NCBI GenBank assembly: GCA_951406725.2
Contig: OX597822.1
Coordinates: forward strand, 99,510,001-99,574,000
Origin: Octopus vulgaris
Taxonomy: Eukaryota
Direction of reading: 5' to 3'
DNA: 64,000 bases
Under the pieces are notes generated by a model. That model searched no databases, was not told the DNA's origin, and was given only the letters and a program-made list of their open reading frames with translations. This document shows positions 1 to 12,949 of the stretch, piece by piece (the stretch's first letter is position 1; each line of letters begins with the position of its first letter). The translations under genes and the position numbers were made by a program.

Positions 1-119
1 AAAATAATAATGACAACAATCAAAAAGACAGATATATAATCCAGTAAAGGTGAATCTTACACATCAACAAAGAATAAAAAGAAATGATTTCTTTTATAGC
101 GACAGAAAAAGAAATAGTT

Positions 120-410
120 TTACATGATGTCTAACAATAGTGGAAGAAAAGTTTGGAAGGGATTAACAGATATTACTGCCAAGAATACGACAGACAGGAA
201 ATAAAGCTCCAGTTTTCAGTGGCATAACAACACAAACAATAAATATAACAGACATATTGCTGGGAATGATATGTGAAGTACTAAACATGTAATGTTGTTA
301 GACAACTGACAAGGAAAAGTTCAATAATCTCAGTAAATGTAATAAAGATGCTGATGATTTTTGGAAACATTCTAGCAAAGTGAAATTTATTTGATAACAA
401 ACTGAAACGC
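120..410 (+). mobile_element. Highly decayed non-LTR retrotransposon RT remnant (RTE-like)
   Basis: Broken frames give RIRQTGNKAPVF (cf. GVRQGxxLSPxLF) and EKFNNL..DADD (cf. INNLRYADD). Confidence 0.35.
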
Positions 411-454
411 CAGGCTAAATTCATCCAAAGCAATAACAAACCAAAGACCTGCTT

Positions 455-855
455 AAATTCACCATCATTTAACATTTACTTTTCCATGTCTGCATAGGTT
501 AGACAGAATTTGCTGAGGCAGATAATCAATGGTCTTCCTGTCACCAACCCTCATCTGTTTCCAAGCAACATAATATTTTCCTATAGCTAGACATGGTTTT
601 CATACAAAACTGGAAACAAACAATCTTGCTTGTATTATTATTATTATTATTATTATGATGATGCTCATTTACGATCACCATGCAATGTCTACACACACAA
701 CAGGTTTCTTTCAGTGTCTGTCTACCAAAGCCACTCACAAGATTTCGGTCAACTTAGGGCTACAGTAAAAGACACTTGACCAAGGTGCTGCACGGTGGGA
801 CTGAACTGAAGACCACGTGGTTGAGAAGCAAGCTCCTTACCAATGCAGCAATGCT
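455..855 (-). mobile_element. Old SINE-B head joined to an RTE-type tail
   Basis: Reverse complement of the B head (690-855) and of the ...catggaaaagt..aatgatg tail, with an internal (ATT)n/(CA)n tract. Confidence 0.7.
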
Positions 856-867
856 TGTACTAATGAT

Positions 868-1083
868 ATGGTTTCAAATTTTGGCACAAGGTCAGTAATT
901 TTGAAGGAGGAGGTAAGTCAATTACATTGACCTCAGGGTTCAACTGGCACTTATTTTATTAACCCCGAAAGAATGACAGGCAAAGTCAACCTTAGCAGGA
1001 TTTGAACTCACAGCATAAAAACATACAAAATGCCACTAAGCATTTTGCCTGGCATGTTGACGATTCTGCCAGCTTGTTGCCTC
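868..1083 (-). mobile_element. SINE-A, older subfamily
   Basis: Reverse complement of ggcaacaagctggcagaatcgt...gagttcaaat...ttgactttgcc; tail ...ccttgtgccaaaatttgaaacc. Confidence 0.8.
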
Positions 1084-2010
1084 ACTGATGATAAATATTG
1101 ATAAGATATATTACAATCCCTGATTTTGCTAATGCATTTATTGCAATTTATTGTCAATTATGGAGAAACTTTATGTAATAGAGACACTTCCTGACTATTA
1201 TATTGAATATCGGCTATCGACACTGATAAAGTTCCATTTCTGATGACAACTTAGGGTGATAATTTTTTCTTTTTTTATTCATATACCTTGAGATAAAATA
1301 CATTCTCTGTTAGCAATCTCACAACTAAATATGATCTTACTTAATGCAATGATACAATTCCATTATGGAAAATCACTGAGATGATTCCAATGTACAGAGT
1401 GAAAAAGAGAGAGAGACATTAAATTTTATGACAGACCATGTTATATTGTCACAGAGAACGATATACATTGTTGAAGAAAATGTATTGTGGCATATCATAG
1501 ATCCTGTTTCTTCCATTTACAAAAAGATATCCAAATATTCTCAATACTCACAAATGGCAACGTACGAGACAAACATCATGTGTCAGTTGTGTTATTTTAC
1601 AAGCACAAACACTAATCAAAAGTGAACGATCATAATACAAAATTATGAATCTGCATTTGTAAAAATGCACCTGAGTTTTCACATTGCAATGAAATCTACT
1701 GTCAGCTTAATATATACTCAGGTGTATACAATGAGATAAGAAGCCAATACATATATATTCATGTCATCAATATTGAATACTGTTTCGTAGTTTATCTAGT
1801 GCAATATTTGATATTTCAAGCGAAATGAAAATAATATTCACAGCATATTTCACACTTAGATATTGTTCGGTTTAAACCAGATAAATATTACAACACAAAT
1901 CTGGTCACTTGGTTATGAAGCTTCCAGAGGAGTCAGTCATTGGTCAACTGCATATTTGATAGTACCAAGGACCACAAAAGATTACTGGAAATTTTCTTGT
2001 TGCATATGTC

Positions 2011-2048
<38 letters not shown>

Positions 2049-2052
2049 GTGG

Positions 2053-2520
2053 GCATATGCCTGGATGATTAAGAAGTTTGCTTCACAACCATTAAGTCCC
2101 AGCTTCAAGCCCTCTGCCTGGCATCTTGGGTAAATCCATCTCTATAAACCCTGGCTTGACTCCTTATGTGCGAAATTAGGCAGATAGAAACTGTATAGGA
2201 GCCCCTCAGGCAGATTGTTCTTGGAATACTCATCCACTTACGTGTATAAAGAATAAGTCCTGGGGTCGATTTGCTCAACTAAAGGTGGTGCTCCAACATG
2301 GCCACAGTCTCAAATGACTGAAACAAGTAAAAGAATATGAGTATGTGCTTATGCTGGTCTAAAGACTGGTTTTGTTGTTAATGACCTGTAACTTATTTGT
2401 TTAACAAACAAATTTCTGAAATATGGAGCACACTGAAAAAAGTACTGGAGTTAATTTAATTGGGTGAAACCCTTGAAGGTAAAACCCCAGAATGGCTGCA
2501 GTTAATGACAGAAACTAAAT
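2053..2520 (+). mobile_element. Degenerate SINE-B head plus two B-type tails
   Basis: Similar to the 34799-35195 copy; tail ...atgactgaaacaagtaaaaga at about 2314-2334. Confidence 0.65.
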
Positions 2521-2638
2521 AAAGAGCTAAGGAATAAAATAGTATTGTATATAATTTACAGAAATCAGTCAACTAAAGCAGGTCAACGGTGAAGTACTAT
2601 ACTCCAAGACTTATGTTCGGTTTCAGTTATATTTACAA

Positions 2639-2785
2639 CCTCATGGCATTAGGAAGGGTATCCAGCTGTAGAAACTCTGCCAGATCAAGATTGAAGCCTG
2701 GTACAGCCATCTGGTTCGCCAGCCCTCAGTCATTCATCCAACCCATGCTAGCATGGAAAGCGGACGTTAAACGATAATGATGATA
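2639..2785 (+). mobile_element. 5'-truncated RTE-tailed element (family C)
   Basis: ggcattaggaagggtatccagctgtagaaac...cccatgctagcatggaaagcggacgttaaacgat(gat)n. Confidence 0.85.
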
Positions 2786-3543
2786 TAATATATTTATTAT
2801 TCCCCACCTTATATAATAAACGACAATAAACATGATATAGAAGGATTTCATATGACTTAGATAGAAATGAATAAATTTGCATTAAATTTTGCTCTTGACA
2901 CATTTATAAGTTTTGAAGCAAATTGTTTAAGACATTTATTTAATATTTCCGTTTTCTTTAAAAGGTGTAAATTAATTTATATAATATGAATAAATGCTGA
3001 AAATTTGTTTTAGGCTTTAAGTTGTAAAAAGTAAGCGCAAGCAAAGCAAAATCGCCAAGTATGCTCTTATGAAGCAAAATGCACAGAAATATCTACCTTC
3101 TTATGAAGTTTATACCAAATGTGTATGGCAAGCCTCAATGCAGCTGGCATGAGAGGGAAACACATGATAATACTATAGATGTTTTCAGACTGAAGGTTAG
3201 GTGCTGAAAATTACTTATTCCTGGGTAATAATAAGTGCAACAGCAATAGCAACAATCCCTTGCATGGTTGGAAAAATAAAATTTGACCCAGGAACAAACT
3301 GAAAATAATTTGATAATAACAAACTTAACATAATGATTAGAAGTACTATAAAAAAGAAAAATATTGGAATGTTTATAAAAAAGATGTATGTGCATGTGTG
3401 TGACAGAGAGAAAGGGAGGGAGAGAGAGAGATTATTAGGATGAATTTAGATGTTTGTAATTAACATTTGTCACTAAACAATAGTACTGATAAAGAAGTGA
3501 TTAAGTCTGCAGACTTTAGATAAGCCTCACGTGTATGCCTTAA

Positions 3544-3764
3544 CCCTTTGGTAACTAACCCAGCTGAAACCGGCTCTGGCTCTGTAGTACATATGTCTTA
3601 TTTTCATAAGTTTTGAATAAAAATCTTCCCCCAAACCTAAGTCACAATTTATACTCCTAACACTAGCTTAATGATGGCTAAGTTATTTTACTAAATTCTT
3701 TGTTATATTTGAAATAAGTGAAAGAAACACAGAGCATCTCAAAATAAATACAGTAACGAAAGGG
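3544..3764. mobile_element. piggyBac-type MITE family M1 (about 220 bp)
   Basis: TTAA at 3540-3543 and 3765-3768; TIRs CCCTTT.GT(T/A)AC / GTAACGAAAGGG; closely similar copies at 9613, 21264 and 29197. Confidence 0.9.
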
Positions 3765-3847
3765 TTAAGTAAGGGGATTTAGTGATTCTCTTTGAAACAA
3801 ACCTGCCCACTAAGATCCCTAGTTCTCTGATACAAAACCTTCTGCCT

Positions 3848-4680
3848 TAACCCTTTTGATTACAACCTACATGACATCACTCTTGATTCTATGATACAAA
3901 TTTCCTAATTTGAAGTGATCTAAATTAAAACCTTTCATCAAACTTTCATGTTAATTTATGTTCCAAAAAACATCAGCTTTATGATGACAGTTATATTTCT
4001 AAATTCATCATTATTTCCAAAATTAATTAGGAAAAATAAGGCAGTGTATTTTAACATGACATGAGGTAAAGAGATTTTATTTTAATTTCACTTTTCAATC
4101 CAAATTTCAAGAATCTTTTGTTACATTTCAAACAACACCAACATAATTTGGGAAAAGTTAGCTTTAAAAAATCCCTCCAAATCCTCGATTATTTCAAAAT
4201 TAAGTGAAATACACTGGGAGCACATTTTATTTTAGATTTAAGCTTTGAAAGGGTTAAATAAAGTAAAAGAGTTACAACCAGAAACTGAATAAATAAAATT
4301 CAAAACAACATTTATTTTAATGCCATAAGGGTCACTGTACACATATATGGATGCACTTTTCAATAATGTAAAACAAACATTTAAATGGAAAACTGTCAAT
4401 ATATTTGATATTTGCAGTGTAGGTTTCTACTATCAAAACCAAATCATATTCACATCTTTTACACTGACATTTTAACTTCTTTAACAACTGGTGATTGTAA
4501 TCATTGAAATTTTAACCCTTTTACAATATTTCTGTTAAAATACACTGTACTTGTTTGAATTAATTTTAAAGGTAATGAAGTATTTACTAAAATAATCTTT
4601 TGTCATTATTAAGTTGATGTTTGGAGCATAAATTACAAAGAAAATTTAATGGAAGGTTTTTAATTCAGCCCTTCAGCATT
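3848..4680. mobile_element. Cluster of older M1-related TTAA-MITE pieces (M1b)
   Basis: ttaacccttttgat starts, aaagggttaa ends, and the shared internal motif gatctaaattaaaaccttccatcaaa..tttcatgttaatttatgttccaa. Confidence 0.7.
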
Positions 4681-4687
4681 TAAACTA

Positions 4688-5283
4688 TGTGGTCTCAGGT
4701 TCAGTTCCATTGCACAACCCATTGAGCAAATGGCATCCACTATGACCACAAGCCTTGTGAGTGGATTTGGTAGATGTAAACTGAAAGAAGACTACTGTGT
4801 GTAACTTTGTTCTATATCTCATGATGGTTGTAAATGAGCGGTATATCATACAAGGCGGCGAGCTGGCAGAAACGTTAGCACGCCGGGCGAAATGCTTAGC
4901 GGTATTTCGTCTGCGTTACGTTGTGAGTTCAAATTCTGCCGAGGTCGACTTTGCCTTTCATCCTTTCGGGGTCGATAAATTAAGTACCAGTTACGCACTG
5001 GGGTCGATGTAATCGACTTAATACCTATGTCTGTCCTTGTTTGTCCCCTCTGTGTTTAGTCCCTTGTGGGTAATAAAGAAATAGGTATGTCATACAAGCA
5101 ATGTTGTTTGTCTTTAGTCTTCTGTGGAAAATATGTCTGACTCAGGGAAATAATAACTAGATTGGAAACAAGTAATGGTTACCAACAAGAAGGACATCTG
5201 GACATAGAAATTTACCTCAACAAATTCTGTGTAACCCATGCAAGCATAGGAAAAGCGGATGCTAAATGATGAATGATGATGAT
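4688..5283 (+). mobile_element. SINE-B head with RTE tail, interrupted by a SINE-A
   Basis: B head at 4688-4795; tail ending catgcaagcataggaaaagcggatgctaaatgatga. Confidence 0.75.
4853..5083 (+). mobile_element. SINE-A, young full-length copy (tRNA-like head)
   Basis: A/B-box-like tggcagaaacgttag and gagttcaaattc; core gcctttcatcctttcggggtcgataaa; TSD ggtat(a/g)tcatacaag on both sides. Confidence 0.92.
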
Positions 5284-6059
5284 TTAACAGTATTTACGGT
5301 GCATTATCTAAAATCATATGTAACCAAATATTCATAATAAAGACGGAATACTGCTAAACCTGTGACAAATTCTACTGCAACTCATCTCACTGTAAGCAAA
5401 GCTTTAGTAAAGTAAGACTGCAGTGGCTTTAAAACAGTCAAGATTATTTGATTTTCAAGGAATCTTTAGAGTTTATGTATCAAGAAAGCTTACTGAAATC
5501 CACTACAGAAATAAGACAAGCTGTCAGCTTAAGATTAACAAAACAGACGAATCTGCATCAAGAATAATTTAAAGATATCTAATGTTTCTGAATAAAATTA
5601 TACATATTTTTTTTGTTGTCGTTTATAAATAATAATAGGTTTTGTTAAATGCTACTGCAATAATTCTTAAATTGATGCATTCCATATGATTTCCCCAGCA
5701 ACATCAAACTACATATTTCAAGAATCAAAGCAAAGAAAATTATATTAGCATGATCTAACCAAAATCGGAAGGCAAAGTTTACAAGTGAAACAATATATCT
5801 TGATTGACAATTTACATAACTTAAGGCATCTTATAACCATTACCCGTGATTATTATGATTACACGCTACAGAAAAAAAAAAGAAAAAAATGAAATAACGC
5901 TGTTTTCCTACAACACCGTAATTTAAAAATCAAATTCTCACTGGCAACTGCAAACAGATTATTGCTTTAGGAACTAAAAAAAATACAAAACAAAACATAC
6001 TCTACCTTGAATATACAAATAGATAATTTACCATTATTGATATACGAAAAAAGTAAGAT

Positions 6060-6240
6060 ATGCCTAAATGTTTTTGGGTATCATCCGGAATGAGAGAGAT
6101 GCATAAAACAGACAATCCGAGTATCAATGAGGAGGTAATAAGAACATCAATAATCAAGCACATGTCTTGTTTAGTCAGGTGGCAAGATGGCAAGGAAATT
6201 AAAATAAAACAGCATACAGGATAAGCTAAAAGGATGAATG
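6060..6240 (+). mobile_element. Decayed RTE-type LINE ORF fragment
   Basis: Broken frames resemble LGI...NEEV.R...WFGHVARM (atcaatgaggaggta; tttagtcaggtggcaaga). Confidence 0.35.
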
Positions 6241-7699
6241 TTATCATCAGATCATTAGATAATCATTATAGTGTAATGCAATCTATATATTGTGCTTTAG
6301 GCGAAACATTGAAATATTTAGTTATATTCCAAATTTTCACTCAAATAATAAGCAAACAATACAACAGCTATTATATAGATTTATTCATTTGCTATTTTCA
6401 ACTTATCCTTTGACCTTCATGAAGCAAATATTTTGCATTTCTTTTTTTTTTTTTTCTTCTTATAGTTTATAGAATTGACGAGAGGAGATTAACAAAACAA
6501 ATACAGTTATATATGAGTAGTAAACTGTATAATCTTCTTTATGACATAATTCTCAACATTACAATATATTGTAAAAATTATATCATGACTGACATTAAAC
6601 TGGTGATAGTGATCAAAGTAAATAAGTTGGAAATAAATAAAAAAAAAAAACATTTTTCCATGCACCTAATAAACTGTTGAAAGTGCAATTTGATTATTGA
6701 AATGATAAATTTCAACTTGTCTCTAAACCCAAGTAAATTACTGGTTTATAATTATGAAGTCATCATCATATTTTAATACCTATCTTCTATGGTTACATGG
6801 GTTGGATGGTTTGAGAGAATCTGATGAGTTAGAGAACGCTTTATTGTTCCAATGTCTGCTTTGGCATGGTTTCTACTAATAGATGTCCTTCCAAATGCCA
6901 ACCAGTGAACTGTGGTATTTTATCCATAGCATCCTGGATAAAACAGAAAGTAAATTCTACTATATGAGATATTTGACTAGGTACCTAGTTATTTTATTCA
7001 CACTATGAAGGGAGTTTTTAAAGGCTCACAACAAAATACTAAATATCATAATGCAAGCATTTGGTGCAGTGCAGCACCCTACTTTATTAGCTATTTATAT
7101 CAAGCTTGATAATGACAATCATTTCTCTTGCCCAGTCAGTTCTAAGGTCTTGTTCTTAGATAAATGAAAAGCCCTAAGTTCATGAAATTAACTGTAGTAA
7201 ATTGCATATTTTTTAGAACACTGGAAAACAAATACCTAAGAAGAAAGGATTTGAAACACAATAATACCACATTATATACAAGAAAGCGTTTAGGATCTCT
7301 GGCACAGCCATATAGAAATTTATTCCTTAATAACATACAGAAGAGAATATAACATACAAGCTTGGCCATTAGGTGGCTTGCTGATTTTCTAATTTACTTC
7401 ACCATTTTCTTCTTTGAAAGAATCATGAATGCCCAGAATATTCTATAATATTGATGAATATAAAGCAATATGATGACTATAATGGAATTTAATTTACCAA
7501 TTTTACCTTTCAATCTGATCATATAGACGAGAAAATTAGTAAGAGGGGATGCCCTGGATTTTCCTGTTAGTGCATGAGCTAACAATTACTAAATCTTAAA
7601 TCCACATACAATTACAATTATCAAATTACATCATTTTCCAGATAATCCATATCAGTTTTGCAAGCTTTTCACTTATTTTTTTAGATGTGCAAAACAACT

Positions 7700-8330
7700 G
7701 AAAAGATTTAACTCATTAACTTCTGGACTGGACGTATTGAAATTATACGAAAGCATTCATTTAAAAGACAATTTATCTCAAAGTGTAGAGAGAAAACAAA
7801 AGAGGAAGAAATACAGGAAGTAAATCAGAAGTAAAAAGACAATAGCAGTTACTTTGCAAAGAGAAAAGACAGTCCATGAGAACACCATGTTATTGAAGAA
7901 TTTAAAAAGGAAATTAAGTCTCATGATAAAAGGAAATTATTCAGATGTTATTCATAAGATTCTTGGACATTTAGGGATTGGGAGACTCAAAGTCTGAATA
8001 GTTTTCACGGAAATAGATAATGCTACCAGCTAGATCGATAATTCTATCCTTGAATTTGATTTTCTTACAAACCAAGCTTTTGTATTTTTGTCATAATGGT
8101 CCAGGCATATTTCAAAGTCTAATAAGGAAAAAGATATATAAAATTCTGTTTATTGTAAATGCTACCGCTCACAAATTCATAAAGCCCGGGCTTAGACTGC
8201 AGTCACTGTAGCAATTTGGAGAGATAAATTTCTCCTTGTATAGACTAGTCATGCTCACCATGTTAAGTGAGAATGGGTGGAATATTTCTGTAAACGGATT
8301 CCATTTCTATTTAAAAGTAATCAGCTTGTA
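7700..8330 (+). mobile_element. Possible decayed LINE (RTE/RTEX-like) RT N-terminal region
   Basis: aaagcccgggcttagactgc..atttggagagat resembles KAxGxDxIxxExW, followed by a W..S...IP..K-like segment. Confidence 0.3.
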
Positions 8331-8466
8331 AATTAAGAGTGGATTTTGTTGTCAGCCAATTATGAGATTTACACTGAGGTATGATAAAGTGTAAAGTGGT
8401 TTAAGTAAATTTGGAATTCCTCTACATATGGATGGGTTAGTATTCTAACCATAAAATATAAAAGAA

Positions 8467-8828
8467 TATCTCAGAAGGGTCATTATGCCAACAATAAACA
8501 CACACTGGTGCAATTTCACTTCTTTAATATTATTCACCCATTGGTTAGCTGTTTAACCAACTAACTGATTGTTTCATTAATCATTTGATCAATCAATCAA
8601 TCGGGTGTGACCTCAAAGTAACCTGGAGTGGAGAGGGCACGTCAATGAAGAGGTCATGAATGGTGACAAAAGGATTTTGGTTACCATAACAGATTGATTG
8701 ATTGACCAAATGAACAATCAAATCAATTAGTTAGCTGATTAGGTAGCAAACCAATCGAGGAATAATAATAAAAAAGTGTAACTTAACCAGTGCATGTTTA
8801 TTACTGGTATAATGATCCTCCTAAGATA
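8467..8828. repeat. Foldback / long-TIR element with about 150-bp imperfect inverted arms
   Basis: tatctcagaagggtcattatgccaacaataaacacacactggt versus the reverse complement of accagtgcatgtttattactggtataatgatcctcctaagata; inner (atca)n/(tgat)n arms; TA at both ends. Confidence 0.85.
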
Positions 8829-9110
8829 CAACAAAATCTATTTCAACACATGAGTTGAACTCTTACAAACGAAATTCAAAAACAAAATATAAAATATAAA
8901 AGTGTATTTATTTTCTTTAACATAGAGAGACTTGAATGGAGCAAATGGATAATAGCCTTATCACCAGTAAGTCTATAGAGCAACTAAAAGTGGCAGCATA
9001 GGCTACTGTAAGCAACATTCCCAAAATTTTTACATCTCTTCCAGGCAGCCTTTACAACTGGACTATAGAGAATTGGAGAAAAAAAAACAATTAAGACAGG
9101 ATAAACTTAA

Positions 9111-9320
9111 CCCTTTAGCATTCAAACCGGCCATATCTGGCCAAAATACTTAACCTGTTTTATATTGAAACTGACCTCTCACCTCAGCCCTACCATGTCA
9201 TTCTAAAACTAAGAAATCACATCACTGAAATCTCTAAACTACAAGATAATGCATGATTAATTCAAACCATTTTAAATAAACAAACATCACATTTGACAGA
9301 ATAATCTGAACACTAAATGG
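9111..9320. mobile_element. piggyBac-type MITE family M2
   Basis: TTAA flanks; TIR CCCTTTAGCATT; internal ccggccatatctggcc. Confidence 0.85.
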
Positions 9321-9532
9321 TTAATGTGTTAGTCCACCCGTCTATTTTCAAGCCAACGAGGGAAGCCTCTATGTGGTTGCTCAACTTTCTTAAACTGGCT
9401 AAATCTGCCTCACATCACACACGCCACACTGTCTTAAAAAAGGAAAAGAGAGGGTAAATAAAGCAGTTCTAAAAAGACTGGAACATCTTTCATAAAAGAT
9501 CTACTTTATCAGAAATGACTTGGAAATGTTAA

Positions 9533-9936
9533 CCTTTTTGTTGGCATATTTCTCTTGAAAAATACTGAAGAACTTATTGACATACTCTTGTCATTATTAA
9601 GCTGGTGTTTAACCCTTTTGTTACTGTATTTATTTTAAGATGCTCTCTGTTTCTTTCAATTACAAAGAATTTAGTAAAATAATTTAGTTATCATTAAGCT
9701 AGTGTTAGGAACATAAATTGTGACTAAAGTTTGGTGGGAGGTTTTAATTCAAAACTTATGAAAACAGGACATTTGTACCCAGAACCAGAGCCGGTTTCAG
9801 CTGGGTTGGTAATGAAAGGGTTAAAACTTAAAAGAAGAGGAAATTTTGATGCAAGGTTTTGACTGAGTTCGCTTTAAAACACTAAGTTTATATCAGAGAA
9901 GCAGGCATGGTCTCAGTTGAGCTGGCGTTGAAAGGG
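9533..9936. mobile_element. M1b MITE containing a nested M1 MITE (9613-9820)
   Basis: Outer TTAA at 9529 and 9937; inner TTAA at 9609 and 9821. Confidence 0.85.
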
Positions 9937-10544
9937 TTAAACAATAACCAATTTATTTTTAATCTAGTTTGTTAGTTACTGTCTTCTGAAGAAAGCTTAG
10001 TAAACCGCCAGAGAGAAACAAACAATAATACCACCGCAAATTGATACAAGGAAGGAAGTTCAATAAAGCAATCAACTAATGAGAAGGAAGATTTACTCAA
10101 GTATTAACTGTGGATTTTGTACTTATCTCTTCAATGCAGTGAAAACGTTTTATGAACACACACATTACACTGAGATGATGCTGAACTTAAAGACCATTAT
10201 TTCCAACAAACAAATTATGCTTACCCAGTGACTTAGTGGTTAAAAGTTCAGAAACCATGTGTTCCAAATAAATTTCTGAGTTGTGTCCTAGATCAGATCG
10301 TGGTTGTAGATGTATGATTGAATATAAATTACGCATAATGTATTTGTACGTACAACATATATGTGTATGTATATATGCATATGAGTGTGTGTATTAATGC
10401 TTGCTTTTATGTAAAGTTATATATAAAAATAGTTTAACATTAAAGTAAAGGTTTACTAAAAATCTTTTAGTACAGTACATATTCCTTAATTTCCTCAAGG
10501 GAAAAAGGTTGACAGTGACTTAAAGTTTTGATGTGCTTAATTTC

Positions 10545-10895
10545 ATTAGCTGGATGAAAGCAAACAAGATGGAACCTCAAAATTATAAAACTTTGAATTG
10601 ATTATAAGAGAAATCAGATGTAATGTACAAGAGAGAAGACTAAGCAACCAGAACTGGTATGGATATGAAAGATGACAGCGGAGAAGAGTTAAGAAGTGCC
10701 AAGTGATGCAAATGGAAGATATCCAGACAAAAGGTAGACCAAGGAAGACATGGAAAGAACTGGAGAAGACTAATCTCAGGAGTATGAACCTTACAAAGGA
10801 AATTACAAAGGGACCTACAATAAATGGTGAGACACTGGGCTGGTGAAGACTCATCTGATCCATGCTAACATAAGAAAACAGACATGATGATGATG
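10545..10895 (+). mobile_element. RTE LINE 3' end (ORF C-terminus plus tail)
   Basis: IREIRCNVQERRL..WYG...KGRPRKTW, then ccatgctaacataagaaaacagacatgatgatgatg. Confidence 0.8.
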
Positions 10896-11679
10896 TACAT
10901 GCATATTTCATCGAAGATATATAAATTGATGCATGTAACAAGTAACAAACCTAAAGGCTGAAAGAGAAGAAAAGATAGGTTGAAGGGTAAATCATATCAG
11001 AGAATTAGAATTACAAAGGAGATGTATAGGGAATAGACTAACTAAAAAAATTATTTTTAAATAAATAAAAAAACAGAACATCCTACTTCTGTCAAATCGC
11101 TATTGTTTCTTAAATGGTGAAAAATAGATAATAGCACTATCATCATTAAGTCTACAGGGCCACAGACGCTGGCTGCAGATATTTGTAGCAGTCTCCTGTG
11201 TTAAATTGGAAAAGATGTTATTCACATTTTTGACATATTTGTATGTACAAATGTTCACACAACAAACTCTCTACCTTGAAGAAAAATAACACCTTTTTTG
11301 CATTTTATGGTAATATGACTTCTTCCTTTACCTTGTCATTTTGATGGATTATTCCACGTGAATCTGTGTGCACACACACACACAAACCTATATATGTGTG
11401 CTGAAGTATATAATTGCTAAAAGGTCAAGACAATGGCACACTGACCATATGCAGAGGAATTCCAAACTTCAGCTACCTTACACTTTATCTTAATTCAGCA
11501 TAAATCCCCTAAATGGCTGACCAAAGGGCTTACTCCTAGGTTCATTACTTACAAATATATAGAATATTCATGTTAATTTGATTCTGTATCTATGTTATGA
11601 TGGAAAGATGATTTATATATAGTTCAAAATGATGAGCAGATAGAAACAGGATATATAGGATGAATAGCTAAGTCAAACC

Positions 11680-11742
11680 ATACTATAGATAAATCAAACT
11701 ATACTATAGATAAATCAACCTATACTATAGATAAATCAAATC
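11680..11742. repeat. Tandem 20-bp repeat, 3 copies
   Basis: (atactatagataaatcaaac/ct) x3. Confidence 0.9.
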
Positions 11743-12056
11743 TTGGCACAAGGCCAAGTTCATGGTAGGGGTAAGTTGATTACATCAACCTCAGTGTTCA
11801 GCTGGTACTTATTTTATCAACCCTGAAAGGATGGAAAGCAAAGCTGACCTTGGCTAAATTTGAACTCAGAACACAAATATCACTAAGCATTTTACCAGGT
11901 GTGGTAATGATTCTGCTTATTAAATACTATTCTAATATTAATTAATACTGAGCCATTTCGTCTATCTACACATTCTGAGTTCAAATTTCACTGGTATTGA
12001 ATTTGCCTTCCATCTTTGCAGGGCTGATAAAATACCAGTTGAGCACTGGGGTCAAT
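11740..12056. mobile_element. Two old SINE-A fragments in opposite orientations
   Basis: Minus copy at 11740-11915 and plus fragment at 11953-12056, both with the core motif. Confidence 0.7.
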
Positions 12057-12127
12057 GAAAAATTAAGGTGAGCTGAAAGATAAAGCAGATTATTGTAATA
12101 GATATCATCAGACATTTTTTTTTTTAT

Positions 12128-12611
12128 GTCATCATCATTTTAAAGCCCACTTTTCCATTATTGCATAGGTCAGATGGAATTAATTCAGGTGATTTTTCTA
12201 AAGCTGGATGTGCTTCCTGTCACCAGCCCTTGCCTGTTTCCAAGTCAGGTAATACTTCTCCATGGCCAGACATATTTTCCTGAATGACTGGAAATGAACA
12301 CCACAGCTTCAGAAACAGTGAGGTTTGTTTACAACTAACATATGACACCAAGACAAAGGGACATAAACATACACACACAACCACGAATACGAGGGAGGGC
12401 TGAAAAGTTCCTGACTTTAAGGGTATTGCAAAACACCTGGTTATAAACCCAACAATCCGAGTTCTTTTACAGGGTTTAGAAAAACTGAAAGACCACTGCA
12501 ATAAGTGTGGGAATCTGAGATGGGAATATGTGTTGAATAAAATCATAATTAACTGAACCTCCTGTATTTTCTTTTACCCGAAGCTAATACCCCTTCACCC
12601 CACCCCCCGCC

Positions 12612-12670
<59 letters not shown>

Positions 12671-12830
12671 CTGGGTTTCTTTCAATTTTTATTTAACAAG
12701 TTCACTCACAAGGTTTTGGTTTGCCCCTGGTTATAGTAGAAACCAATTGCCCAAGGCTCCATGCAGGGAAGCTAAACTTGGAAAGATGTGATTGAGAAGC
12801 AAACTTCTTAATCACACAGCCATGCCTGAG
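12128..12830 (-). mobile_element. SINE-B/RTE-tail copy split by a mariner MITE
   Basis: Tail at 12128-12385, microsatellite, head at 12672-12830. Confidence 0.75.
12388..12610 (+). mobile_element. Mariner-derived non-autonomous element
   Basis: Starts TA-CGAGGGAGGGCTGAAAAGTTCC; encodes LQGLEKLKDHCNKCGNLRWEYV (mariner C-terminal KCVxxxGxYVE motif); right TIR decayed. Confidence 0.75.
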
Positions 12831-12949
12831 CATTCTAGCATTGTAGGCCCTTGTTCTTTGCCTGTGAGCCCAAGAAGATGGGTGAAGCATTACCATCCCA
12901 GCTGCAAGCTATATACTTTTATGATTTCAGTAGCTGAGATATATGACAT

